Below are positions 37,954 through 47,800 of a stretch of DNA of 64,000 nucleotides, piece after piece. The DNA is from a virus (lineage: Duplodnaviria > Caudoviricetes), in IMG/VR virus record IMGVR_UViG_3300018430_000021, positions 64,001-128,000 of that record; one strand, written 5' to 3'. The translations under genes and the position numbers were made by a program. Numbering within the stretch: position 1 is the stretch's first letter; the number at the start of each line of letters is the position of its first letter. Below the pieces are notes generated by a model. That model was not told the origin of the DNA. It was given only the letters and a program-made list of their open reading frames with translations, and made no database searches.

Positions 37954-38316
37954 TTATAATTTCTTAATTAACAATACTTCGTCTATCAGTTTTCGATACC
38001 CGTAATAATCGATTACCGTTTCAATAACGTCATCGTCGACATATTTGATAAGCGCCGGAAGAACATCCTCGGTAAGGAAAACATCCTTCGTAATAAAACG
38101 AATAAGACGGTCTTTCGTATTATCGTCGTCGTCAAGTTCGGTCGGTAAATCGTTTACAAGACAATAGTCGACATAAAAATCTTCTGCGAGCTGGTCGGAA
38201 AGTAAACCAACAATCTGTAATGCAATCTTCTTGCCATATTCAGGCTTAGCAAGTACGAACTTCTGAAGTCTTTCCTTCCACGGCATAGTTGATTCAATTA
38301 AATATTTTCTAGTCAT
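37954..38316 (-). CDS. late hypothetical protein
   Basis: TATAAATA plus GAGG RBS. Confidence 0.75.
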   Translation of the reverse strand: MTRKYLIESTMPWKERLQKFVLAKPEYGKKIALQIVGLLSDQLAEDFYVDYCLVNDLPTELDDDDNTKDRLIRFITKDVFLTEDVLPALIKYVDDDVIETVIDYYGYRKLIDEVLLIKKL

Positions 38317-38348
38317 TTTAAACCTCTACTTATATTTATAAATATGTT

Positions 38349-39215
38349 ATGGCAACAGATTACGCTTCAGAATTCACAAAATTATTTAAAAGTGGTAGTT
38401 GTTCAGTTAGAAATAAGGACTGGAACGCCCCGAAATATTTTGATAGCCAGAATAACGACTGTTATGCTGCTGAAGCCGCTCTAATGTCATCTTTAACTTC
38501 CGAGGCTTTCGGTAATTTCGGTTTCCAGGTACAATATTATATCAAGGATATTTCGACCAAGCAGGATAGACTTTACGGTGAAGATCCTATCGAGAACGTC
38601 AAGAGAAGATTCACTCTCAAGATGTATGCCGAACAGTTACCGGCATATCAGAAGACTTATACTCTACAAGGTATGACATACGAAGAAGTCATAACTTGTA
38701 TGTGTACTATCCAGCATTTTATGGAAGCTTCGAGATACGAATACGGCACAAACCAGATAAAGTACAATTCGGAAGTTCCTAAAATAGGCGATATTATTTA
38801 CCTTGAATATTCTAACCTTTTCTATGAAGTAATCAACGTCAAAACGTTCGCTGAAGGAACATCGTTCTTATCCAGCCCGATTACGTATACGTTCACATTG
38901 AGAATCTGGAGAAACAACCACCAGAATATTGACGAGAACAACGAGAACTCGGACAATATGGACACATTACGTGCATTTACGGAACTTGACGAAATTTTCG
39001 ATATTGACGAAAAGACTTCAGAAGGTCATGCAACTTCTGAAGTAGGTTCTAAGAGTGATATTCTTGAAATCAATACTGACTTACCGAAAGATAAGACAGA
39101 TGAAGATAAGCCTAAGGATAGTGTTTATAGTCATATCGCATACGAATATGAAGATCCGCAAGCAGAATATACGGATGATAAGTCCAAATATTATGACCCG
39201 TTTGCTGGTTGGTAA
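38349..39215 (+). CDS. gp14: neck protein gp14-like (copy 1)
   Basis: FG..V.YY..D.LYGEDP, P.IGDIIYL..LFYEV..V, DPF.GW C-terminus. Confidence 0.75.
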   Translation: MATDYASEFTKLFKSGSCSVRNKDWNAPKYFDSQNNDCYAAEAALMSSLTSEAFGNFGFQVQYYIKDISTKQDRLYGEDPIENVKRRFTLKMYAEQLPAYQKTYTLQGMTYEEVITCMCTIQHFMEASRYEYGTNQIKYNSEVPKIGDIIYLEYSNLFYEVINVKTFAEGTSFLSSPITYTFTLRIWRNNHQNIDENNENSDNMDTLRAFTELDEIFDIDEKTSEGHATSEVGSKSDILEINTDLPKDKTDEDKPKDSVYSHIAYEYEDPQAEYTDDKSKYYDPFAGW

Positions 39216-39929
39216 TTAGAAATCTGTCGGTATTTTAGACAGAGCGTAAGCGCCGTTATCGAACGACTTTTTCTGCGGGACAATCTTAAGATTTCCGTTA
39301 GGTTCACGCTTGTTAATATGATATGTCCAGATGTCTGAGTGGAATGTAAGTTTACATTTCACTACCTCTTCGCTATTATAATCCAAATCGGATTCAAAGT
39401 CAAGGTTCTTAAGGACACAGTTTTCAAAATGGAATTCGCCGTTGAAATTACTGTTCTGGTTGGACTCGCCAGTTTTATCCTTCATCATTACTATGATTTT
39501 ATCGATAGTAACATAATCCTTTGTACCTACACGAGACGAATAGATTTCATGTTCCGGGTGAACTGGATAAATCGTAGACTTATTGTAACTTACACCGTCT
39601 GAAGCCATCAAGTCCTTAAGACAACGGGCATTAATCTGGGCGATATTATATAACTGGTTATTATCGCTCGGTTCTGCACGAACGGTAAATCTGAAACTAA
39701 TGTCTGTTCCATAGTTTCTTACAATCGGGAAAGTCTTTTCAGAACCGAAATACTTTTTTGTAACGGTGACAGTTTCAAACTTCGGTAATGTAGCGGTTTC
39801 AGCTATAAGGTGGTCGTCGTCAATCTTTGACGTACCGGTTGTCTTATAGAAAAATACATGGAATAACCAGCCTGGTTGCGGATCAGACATGTTAAAAAAG
39901 TTTTCGTTAATAAAAATACTGTTTGGCAT
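39216..39929 (-). CDS. tail tube-like protein (gp19 family)
   Basis: LFHVFF..ETATLP..YFG..P; F.NC..LDY..TF.SD.W. Confidence 0.6.
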   Translation of the reverse strand: MPNSIFINENFFNMSDPQPGWLFHVFFYKTTGTSKIDDDHLIAETATLPKFETVTVTKKYFGSEKTFPIVRNYGTDISFRFTVRAEPSDNNQLYNIAQINARCLKDLMASDGVSYNKSTIYPVHPEHEIYSSRVGTKDYVTIDKIIVMMKDKTGESNQNSNFNGEFHFENCVLKNLDFESDLDYNSEEVVKCKLTFHSDIWTYHINKREPNGNLKIVPQKKSFDNGAYALSKIPTDF

Positions 39930-39938
39930 AAGTTATTC

Positions 39939-40694
39939 CTAAAATGTTCTATCATTATACTTCGTATTGAAATCCATCCAGTTATACGTAAATATCGCAT
40001 CACGTTGAATAGTATCATCGCTTTCATAACTATATGAAATACTTGGAATAGATACTAGTTTACATTCGTAGAACTTGTATTGCTTGAAATAATCTCCCTT
40101 GTCACCGTCGTTAAGTCCCATAGAATTTGTAGACGGATCTCTATACTGGTTGAATATCTTGACTGAGATTATTCCTGGTTTCGTGTTTATATTCGAAATA
40201 TTTGAACTACCGTTTGCCTGAGGAGTAAGTGTATCTCCTTTTACTCGTGTATCTGTACCGTAAGAATATGCAGCTGCATTGTTAGGTATCGAATTCGAAG
40301 TATAGTAGAACTTGTTTAACGCTTGTATATGATAAATCTTTTCAAGAATGGTAGTTACTCTATATAAACTGTCTTCATTGAATTTAAACGTGATTGTACC
40401 TGAATTTTCTGCACGTGTTGGAATCTTGAAATTTAAACCACCATAATATAAGTCTGCCGTATTTATCTTTCTATCGGGTATACTTACTGAAACTACTGCT
40501 TTATTCAATAGTTCCATATCGTTTTCTGTTATTAATGAGTTATTATCACTCTTGAAATTCATAAAATCATTGAAGACTGCTTTAAAAGTCCAGCCTAAAG
40601 CAGGTGGTTGATTATAAAAATCATTATCCCAGATAGATCTTAGATTTCCACGAGTTGGTCTACCCATTTTTGTAGTTAAATCGTATACACCCAT
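39939..40694 (-). CDS. tail tube-like protein (gp19 family)
   Basis: VSVSIP..L.YGG..IP..G.ITF.F.ED; YKFY.C..SY..FTYNW. Confidence 0.65.
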   Translation of the reverse strand: MGVYDLTTKMGRPTRGNLRSIWDNDFYNQPPALGWTFKAVFNDFMNFKSDNNSLITENDMELLNKAVVSVSIPDRKINTADLYYGGLNFKIPTRAENSGTITFKFNEDSLYRVTTILEKIYHIQALNKFYYTSNSIPNNAAAYSYGTDTRVKGDTLTPQANGSSNISNINTKPGIISVKIFNQYRDPSTNSMGLNDGDKGDYFKQYKFYECKLVSIPSISYSYESDDTIQRDAIFTYNWMDFNTKYNDRTF

Positions 40695-40706
40695 ATCTAT
40701 ATTTAT

Positions 40707-41136
40707 AAAACATCAGTTAACGGGCGCAAGCGCCCACAGCTGGCAAGCCAGCGTTTTATTGGCGCTATGCGCCACATCAGGCGTTGCCTGGATGTTTTAT
40801 TTTTTAAATCTTTTAAATTTTTTATACAGTAAGCCTTAGCGAGGTTTCTGTACTTCTTACAGTAAGAGGATTTACGTATTGACATATCGGGCTGGTCATC
40901 CTGTACTCCGAGCTACATTCAATACAACCGATGGCGGCTATATGTATTTAGTGCTATAAATACTTCAGTGGTGGAACGTTATCGGTTACGGCCATTAGCT
41001 TCTAACTGGTCATGACTTCTGCCCGATCATAGTGTAGGATATACACCTTATAATCCTAAACGGCCAAAGACATTGCCGATACACTCATTGGATTGACGTT
41101 CGTTACTGTGACTTTGGTCTTCTATGTAAAAATTTT
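40707..41136 (-). ncRNA. candidate structured non-coding RNA or structured DNA element
   Basis: Minus-strand TTTACG-N17-TATATT promoter (41171-41143) with no credible ORF; nested long-range stems and four tandem GC hairpins. Confidence 0.55.
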
Positions 41137-41213
41137 TATTCAAATATAAGTAAAATTTTTTATTGCGTAAATTAAAAATAACGTTTATATTTGAATTTTT
41201 TATAAAAAAGAAT

Positions 41214-41240
41214 AAAACCTGGAAGTTTTTCCAGGTTTTT
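41214..41240 (-). terminator. terminator after gp13
   Basis: aaaacctggaa-gttt-ttccaggtttt. Confidence 0.75.
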
Positions 41241-41265
41241 TCTATATTTGGATATATATTCAGAA

Positions 41266-42243
41266 TTACGAGATCCAGAATTCTCCGTTCGGGGATTCGA
41301 GACGGATATTTTCGAGGCAGTAATCGTATTCTTCCTTATAGCTGGCATAGAGCGAATCACCGTTCAACTGACCACCGCCGGCGATAGTCAAAGTATATTT
41401 TCGGAGTGCATTTGCCCAGACCATGCCTGCACGAGCGACAACCATCTTACGGAACATAATATCGTTGAAAATCTTTACAGACTTCTGTTTTTTATAGACT
41501 TCCATAATTCCCTTACAAGGGTGACGCGGAGTAGGCCAAACTGAAAGTTCCTTTTCTTTCTCGTTGTATCGTACCTGATAAGATTCACCGAAATCCATCT
41601 TGGCCTGTTCGAGCCACTGAAGTGCAGCATTCCAGCTTCCGAGAACATCGCCGAAACCAGCACTGTTACCGTAACAGGAACCGCGGAAAATAGATGAAGC
41701 ATTCATACTCATTACAGAATCGTAAAGTGCATTGTGCGGGAGCGTGAAAAGTTCGTTAATGTCGCCGAGCCAGTTGGCCGTAGCGAAGTCAACGACGGAT
41801 TCCAATTCCTGACAAATCTTATAATGTGTACATCCAGGAATAAGGTCAAGAACCAAGTAATCACGATAGTTACCCTGACGGAAATAATATCTTTGGATGT
41901 AACGGATGCAGTCACCGATGATATAGTTTAACTGTTCATCTGAAATTTCAACGCAAATAACCGGACTACCGAGCATGAGCTTGATGTAGTTTCGAAGCAT
42001 TGCGATATTCTGAATAGTAGTAGCTTCCAAAACTGGGTCATTCTGACATGGACCAGGATAAGGAGGCATAGGCACCGAACCGGTATGTGCGTTCGGTGGC
42101 GGAACCGGTCTTCCAGAAGGAGGCATCGGTGGAGGTGGAGGAGGCATTGGACCAGGACCCGGTTTCGGAGACCAAGGGAAATTTGGAGGTGGAACCTGGA
42201 TAGGATCGCCAATAAAGCCTTCAGTATTCATTTCTTCATTCAT
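41266..42243 (-). CDS. gp13: neck protein gp13-like, with Pro-rich N-terminal extension (start MNEEM)
   Basis: LRNYIKLMLGSPVICVEISDEQL; W..AL.KY..L.GG..LNG..Y..E; TATAAATA-N4-ATG. Confidence 0.9.
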   Translation of the reverse strand: MNEEMNTEGFIGDPIQVPPPNFPWSPKPGPGPMPPPPPPMPPSGRPVPPPNAHTGSVPMPPYPGPCQNDPVLEATTIQNIAMLRNYIKLMLGSPVICVEISDEQLNYIIGDCIRYIQRYYFRQGNYRDYLVLDLIPGCTHYKICQELESVVDFATANWLGDINELFTLPHNALYDSVMSMNASSIFRGSCYGNSAGFGDVLGSWNAALQWLEQAKMDFGESYQVRYNEKEKELSVWPTPRHPCKGIMEVYKKQKSVKIFNDIMFRKMVVARAGMVWANALRKYTLTIAGGGQLNGDSLYASYKEEYDYCLENIRLESPNGEFWIS

Positions 42244-42288
42244 ACTATATTTATAGAAACTGACCCTAAAGGCTGTTATAAATATAGC

Positions 42289-44835
42289 ATGGCTGAAGAA
42301 AAACAAATGAATAGCATCGAATATTACGTTCGAGAACATAAAAGATTAAATCCTGAACCGTATAAAACCAGCACATTTCCTGGTTTTTATGATGAGTCAG
42401 TTCTTAAAACTAAGGAAAAGACAAGTTCACCGTTAAATATTCCGGATGACGCATTACAGGATGAAAATGACGCGACCACTGAAAAAGGATGGATTGCGCC
42501 TTATGATTTTTATAAGAATAACAGCCATACAGTAAATGATGATATTGACCCGAATAACGGTTTTATTCAGGCTAAAGATACAACGACTGATAACGTTTTT
42601 AAATATAAGGATTTATATTGGTGGTGTGAAGATTTACATAACTGGTGTGTTTATAAGTCTGACTGTGTAAACTATCAGTATCTTAATTCTTTTTATCTTC
42701 ATGTCTGGAATGGTTTGGATAACTGGGTTCCGGCAACTTATTCTTTCAGAGTATTCCCAAATCAAAAGTTTGCACCGTTACAGAATAAAATTATAAATGC
42801 TAAACTTGACCGTGGTGAATATATTGTAATGCACCGTGGTGCATTGAAAAATACTCCGAATAACTGGCTTTTTAGTAATGGTCCATTGACTATTAACCAT
42901 GCTTTTGTACTTAAAAAGGCCGATAGATATAGTGTAAATTCAGAAAATAATTTCCAGGCAATACGATGGTCATCGCCTAAACATATTGTTAATACTACAG
43001 AATATAGCCAGGCAGATGATTTGATGAAAATATCTGTTGCGGGTAATACTTTCTATGTTGATTTTTATATTCGTGACGAATTCGCTAGAACTGACTCTAT
43101 GTGGGTCATGTTCACTACTGATGCGAATAATAAGGAAATTCCAGCTCATTCTCCATTCTATTCTAACCATCAGTTAAATTGTTGTCATAGAAAATCTTCA
43201 GGAAGCTGTACTTTTAGTTATCCTGTTTGCGAAAATGCTGGCGTAGGTAATGGCGCAGTAGCATACAAGAAAGAAAGTCAGTGTAATAGTTATAATAAGT
43301 ATAGTTCTTCACCGAGAACAATTTATTGGGATAATACAAACAGCGGCAGTTTTGAAAATAAGTTAATAACTGATAGAACAGCATTTGAAAATAAATATGG
43401 TTCTGAAAAATTAAAGACGCCGTTGAATTATCGATTCTGTAAATATAACCATGTGCTTATGTCATCATTGGCTATGGAAAAGATATTTGCAGTTCAGATT
43501 TATACAAGAGACAGTAATGGAAATCTTTCATTAGTACCAAATATCTGGATAAATCAAAATGCGCCGACAGGCGATAGAAGAAGTCTTGGTAATGTTACAA
43601 ATAATCCACCATTGTATATGAGTTATGTCGATATTGCTGAGCTTTTCTTTAAAGGAACAATGGATGGTCCTGTATTATGGTCAATGCCAGCAAATATTGA
43701 TAGTGACAATTCTACAGAAGATTATGACCGTGATATTATTTGGAAACCGAAGAATTATTTATTGATGACTACGTTGTTAAGTATGCTCCAAGAAGCATAC
43801 AATGATGAACATCCAAATAAGTTCTTTGATATGGATATTGAAAAGACAAAGAAATGGTATACGAATACGGTAGATACCATTTCGACAGAATCCATGTATT
43901 TTACGGTTTTATACCAACCAGATTCTAATAAAAATGTAGTAGTAAGACAGGAATTTTATAAACCGATTGTAGAAGAAAAAAATTTCGGTCATGATCCAAC
44001 TACTACTTATACGTGGGACACTGCTGGTTGGGTATATGCTATTCCAGGTGCAAATATTGGTGCAGCATTAGGTGACCTTATTTCTTGGGGAATGTCGTCT
44101 AGTGATAAGAAAAAATATATCAAACCACAGCCAGCAAATTCGGCAGTAATGTACTTCAGTCATGAAGATAATAAGTATACCTTGACAAGTGTAAAGGATT
44201 ATACTACTGTAGTTGGTGATGCCAATGAGAATAATACGAATATACAAGGTTATAGGGCAATGGGTTCTATTGTCGAGAACATGTTGAACAATTTGGCATC
44301 TGGACAAAGAATTGAAAATATTGACTCGATGATAATATACCCTGGCTATAAAGATTTTACTATTACAGTTAAGGAATTATTTAAGCCATCGACTTCTAAT
44401 CTTCGTGAAGGTACTAGTATTTCGAATCCGGCTATATACAGATTACCTACTGGCGATATTGCCTTGTGTTCTCAGTTGCATTGGGGCGGTGAACAACGTA
44501 TAATTGGTGGTCCTGGCAATTTGAATCTTCCTAATCCGGTTCAGGATAGTGTTGACAATGCTGATAAGTTTATCAATAAGCAATGCCAGCTTTATTTTGG
44601 AAACGGTAATAAGAAGACTATTAATGAACATTGGCTTAAGGAATATAATACGGAACTTGATTATTCAAGTAAAGATTTCGGTATTGTTGAAAATCAGGCA
44701 CTTCAGTCAGGCTTCGTTTTTGAACAAATAAATAATAATAATACTGATAAGTTTAAATTGACATTATCTACATATAGACCAGTTGTTATTACGAGCGTAT
44801 CTGGCGAAAATGTGGATGTCGCAAAGAAGTGGTAA
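42289..44835 (+). CDS. large virion structural protein (start MAEEK)
   Basis: TATAAATA-N4-ATG; 848-aa N/Y/W-rich ORF in the structural cluster. Confidence 0.7.
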   Translation: MAEEKQMNSIEYYVREHKRLNPEPYKTSTFPGFYDESVLKTKEKTSSPLNIPDDALQDENDATTEKGWIAPYDFYKNNSHTVNDDIDPNNGFIQAKDTTTDNVFKYKDLYWWCEDLHNWCVYKSDCVNYQYLNSFYLHVWNGLDNWVPATYSFRVFPNQKFAPLQNKIINAKLDRGEYIVMHRGALKNTPNNWLFSNGPLTINHAFVLKKADRYSVNSENNFQAIRWSSPKHIVNTTEYSQADDLMKISVAGNTFYVDFYIRDEFARTDSMWVMFTTDANNKEIPAHSPFYSNHQLNCCHRKSSGSCTFSYPVCENAGVGNGAVAYKKESQCNSYNKYSSSPRTIYWDNTNSGSFENKLITDRTAFENKYGSEKLKTPLNYRFCKYNHVLMSSLAMEKIFAVQIYTRDSNGNLSLVPNIWINQNAPTGDRRSLGNVTNNPPLYMSYVDIAELFFKGTMDGPVLWSMPANIDSDNSTEDYDRDIIWKPKNYLLMTTLLSMLQEAYNDEHPNKFFDMDIEKTKKWYTNTVDTISTESMYFTVLYQPDSNKNVVVRQEFYKPIVEEKNFGHDPTTTYTWDTAGWVYAIPGANIGAALGDLISWGMSSSDKKKYIKPQPANSAVMYFSHEDNKYTLTSVKDYTTVVGDANENNTNIQGYRAMGSIVENMLNNLASGQRIENIDSMIIYPGYKDFTITVKELFKPSTSNLREGTSISNPAIYRLPTGDIALCSQLHWGGEQRIIGGPGNLNLPNPVQDSVDNADKFINKQCQLYFGNGNKKTINEHWLKEYNTELDYSSKDFGIVENQALQSGFVFEQINNNNTDKFKLTLSTYRPVVITSVSGENVDVAKKW

Positions 44836-44836
44836 T

Positions 44837-47800
44837 ATGCAATCTTTCATTTTCAATAATTATAAGAAGAAGCTTTTAAGCGGTAGACTTTCACAAGATG
44901 ACGTATGGTCATTCTATCTCGTTAATAAGCAGTTTGGTGAAGACTTGGAAGAAGTCTTGCCGAGTATTACCGATATAGACGCTTTACAGGCTTTTATTTA
45001 TTCTACTGATGCGACTATTGCTAAGAAGGGTTCAGCGCTTGATAAGTATACTCAGCCGTATACTCCGGTTCGTTATACTTATAAGGTTGCCGATAAGACT
45101 GTTAATTCTGAAAGACCAAGTTATGTTGACCTTGATAACTGGGAAGAATTTAATAAGAAATACCCTAAACAGGTACATTTGTATCACTTCTTTTTTGTTC
45201 CCGGCGGTGCATTATATCGTGAATATGAAAGCGATGAACTTGACTATGCTGGAAATAAGGTAATGAAACCACGTGGTTTCTATTATGTAGAGACTACTGA
45301 AGAACTTAAATGGTGCGCTGAAAAGGTTAACGGTATTGTAAACGGTAATAAGTCTGAAGTTTACAATAATAAAATCAATATTGTTTTAGGTGACAATATC
45401 GGTTACGGAAAAGCTCTTGAAAATGAATACAAGGAAATAGATTTTTCAATCGGTTCTGATATTGATAGACCGTTTGAAGGTATCTTCTACGGTAATGGTT
45501 ATATAATTCAGAATATTGAATTGGTATGTAAAGGAAATAGCACCGGTTTAATTGGCTATCTCGGTACAAGCGGTTTAATCCATACTATTCGTGTAGCCGG
45601 TCATAATTTGATTCGTTGTGGTAAAAAACTAAATATTACCCACATGATGCAGGATGCCAGCGATATAAATGCTGGTTTCCTTTGCGGTAAGAATAATGGT
45701 ACTATTTCAGATGTAACCTTTACAGGTAAGGTTACTTTTGCTGATTTTGTTCCAGGAGTTTATACTGTAAGTAATAAAACTGACGAAGATGGAAATGCTT
45801 TCGATAATCCTGATGTAAATACATATTATCCAGATTATCTTTGTATAAATTCTATTGCAAATATTGTTCCATATATCGGTTATTTCAATGAAGGTGTTTT
45901 CGGTACTTGGGCATATAGTGCAGGCCCGTCACTTTATCCGACAAACCAGTTCAGTGCATCCAATAAAGGTTTTTGGAAGTCTAATGCAGTTTATGCCGGT
46001 GATATATCTGTTGGAACAATCAGTAATTACTATCCTTATGATAATCGTGGTTGTGGTGAATGGGCATATCCGAAAGCTGTAGATAATGCGAATGACATTT
46101 ATGAATCTGTAACGGGTCATACATTGTTCTATTCTATCAATACAATGTTTGATACCAATATGTTGGTCGCTGGAAAACAGACTGACTGGAGTACATATCT
46201 TTCGTTATTGAAATATACATATTCTGCAAATCCTACTACAAGGCATTCGATTTGGAATTGGGAAATTCAGTCTACACAGTATCTTGATAAGCCTTTAAAG
46301 ATGCACCAGTTTAACCGTGTTGCTTATAATACTGGTTTGCTTATCGGTTGTAATGAAGGTTCTGTTTATAATATTGCAATGAATGCGACAGCATATACTT
46401 CTGGTACTTATGTTGGTTTCTTAGGAGGTATCGCGGGTAAGCAAGCAGTTAATGGTAATTATGGTTTCAATAACGTTTGTGTTAACTTGACCGCTGCTGA
46501 CGTTGTAGACGACAAACGCGATTATTATATTTCTGACGACGGTGATACTGTTCGTGTTGAAGATACTAACCCAGAAAATATTGTAGAATTCGTAACTGAT
46601 TTGTTGGCTTCCGAACCGAATTATTCAGTTTTGAATAACCCGTTGTATGGAACAAAAAGCTTATATAACAGCGACGAATATCGTAAAAAATTAAATATCG
46701 GTGGTACTAATTCTGATGGTACTTTTGACTGGGGTGATACTTCGTTAATTCGATTGAATATTAACGGTTATTCCGGTATGACCTCTGGAACTCTTAATCA
46801 TGAGTTTGATATTGCACAATCCGCATTTGATGGTATTTGCTATCATTATAATGGATTTGGTTATGAAATGCCAGCTCCGCCATATATCGAACCGCATCAG
46901 AAGTTTGCAAATGCTTGGATTTTAAGGAATACCATTTTAGCCAACAGTGCATATTCTGGCAGTCTTACCGCTATTAATACGGTTGAACCTTATTCTGGTA
47001 TGCATGTTGAAGATTCTGCTGAAATTGCATTATCAAACTATGAAATTTTTGATAAGCGTACAGGCGGAACTTATGGATTTAATCATTCCAAGTCTTTGGG
47101 TATAATTTATAATTACGGTCGTTACGGACATGAAGGATCTTTAACTAATGATATTAAAGACCCATACAGTAAAGATACTGACGGAAATGCTCTTTCCAAC
47201 GATGACAAGATTCAGGTTAGAGAAGCTAATTTGGTAGCAGGTCCTGAAGGCTATGCATTTACAACCTATACTGATTTTGCTACTTATAGTATTGATAAGT
47301 GGTATAATAGTTGGGGTATTAGAGATTCTGTAAAACTTGCATTTGACCATTTTGGTTCTAATGGATTTGCAAAAGATGAATTCTATATTTACAACTGTGC
47401 TATTGGAAATTTGGTTCTTAAAAAGCGTGATACAGAGTTAAGACTACCTAATACATTTGAACGTACAATGTATAATGTAGCCGGAATTTATGGCACAAAC
47501 AGCTATACTTATGATACCTATGATATTGTTGGTGCTACTAATGTAGTATTGTCGATTTACATTAAAAATGTAGTAGCTAAAACTGTTAGCTATTATACTT
47601 TGACTATTCCAGAAATCTTGAATAGTGACCAGAGCATTGGCGGTACGAAGTTTACGAATAAGGCTTCTAAAGAATTCTTCATTGCAAACTATGAAAATCC
47701 GAATGCTAATAAGCCAGTAGTATCGTTCTTGAAGGAACGTTATGTAATTGACGGTTGTAAGAACTATAAGATTGAATTGAAGTCCATTAAGAATATTGGT

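Noticed and set aside
40703-40885. 60-aa ORF in the structured region
   Set aside because: No clear SD; it runs through the hairpin cluster, and its composition is better explained by structure
40960-40990. TCCACCA on the minus strand, suggesting a tmRNA or tRNA 3' end
   Set aside because: No T-loop (GTTCRA) or matching acceptor stem nearby
42085-42339. Overlapping N-terminal extensions of gp13 and the 916-aa ORF
   Set aside because: Divergent TATAAATA-N4-ATG starts at 42243 and 42289 explain both genes without overlap
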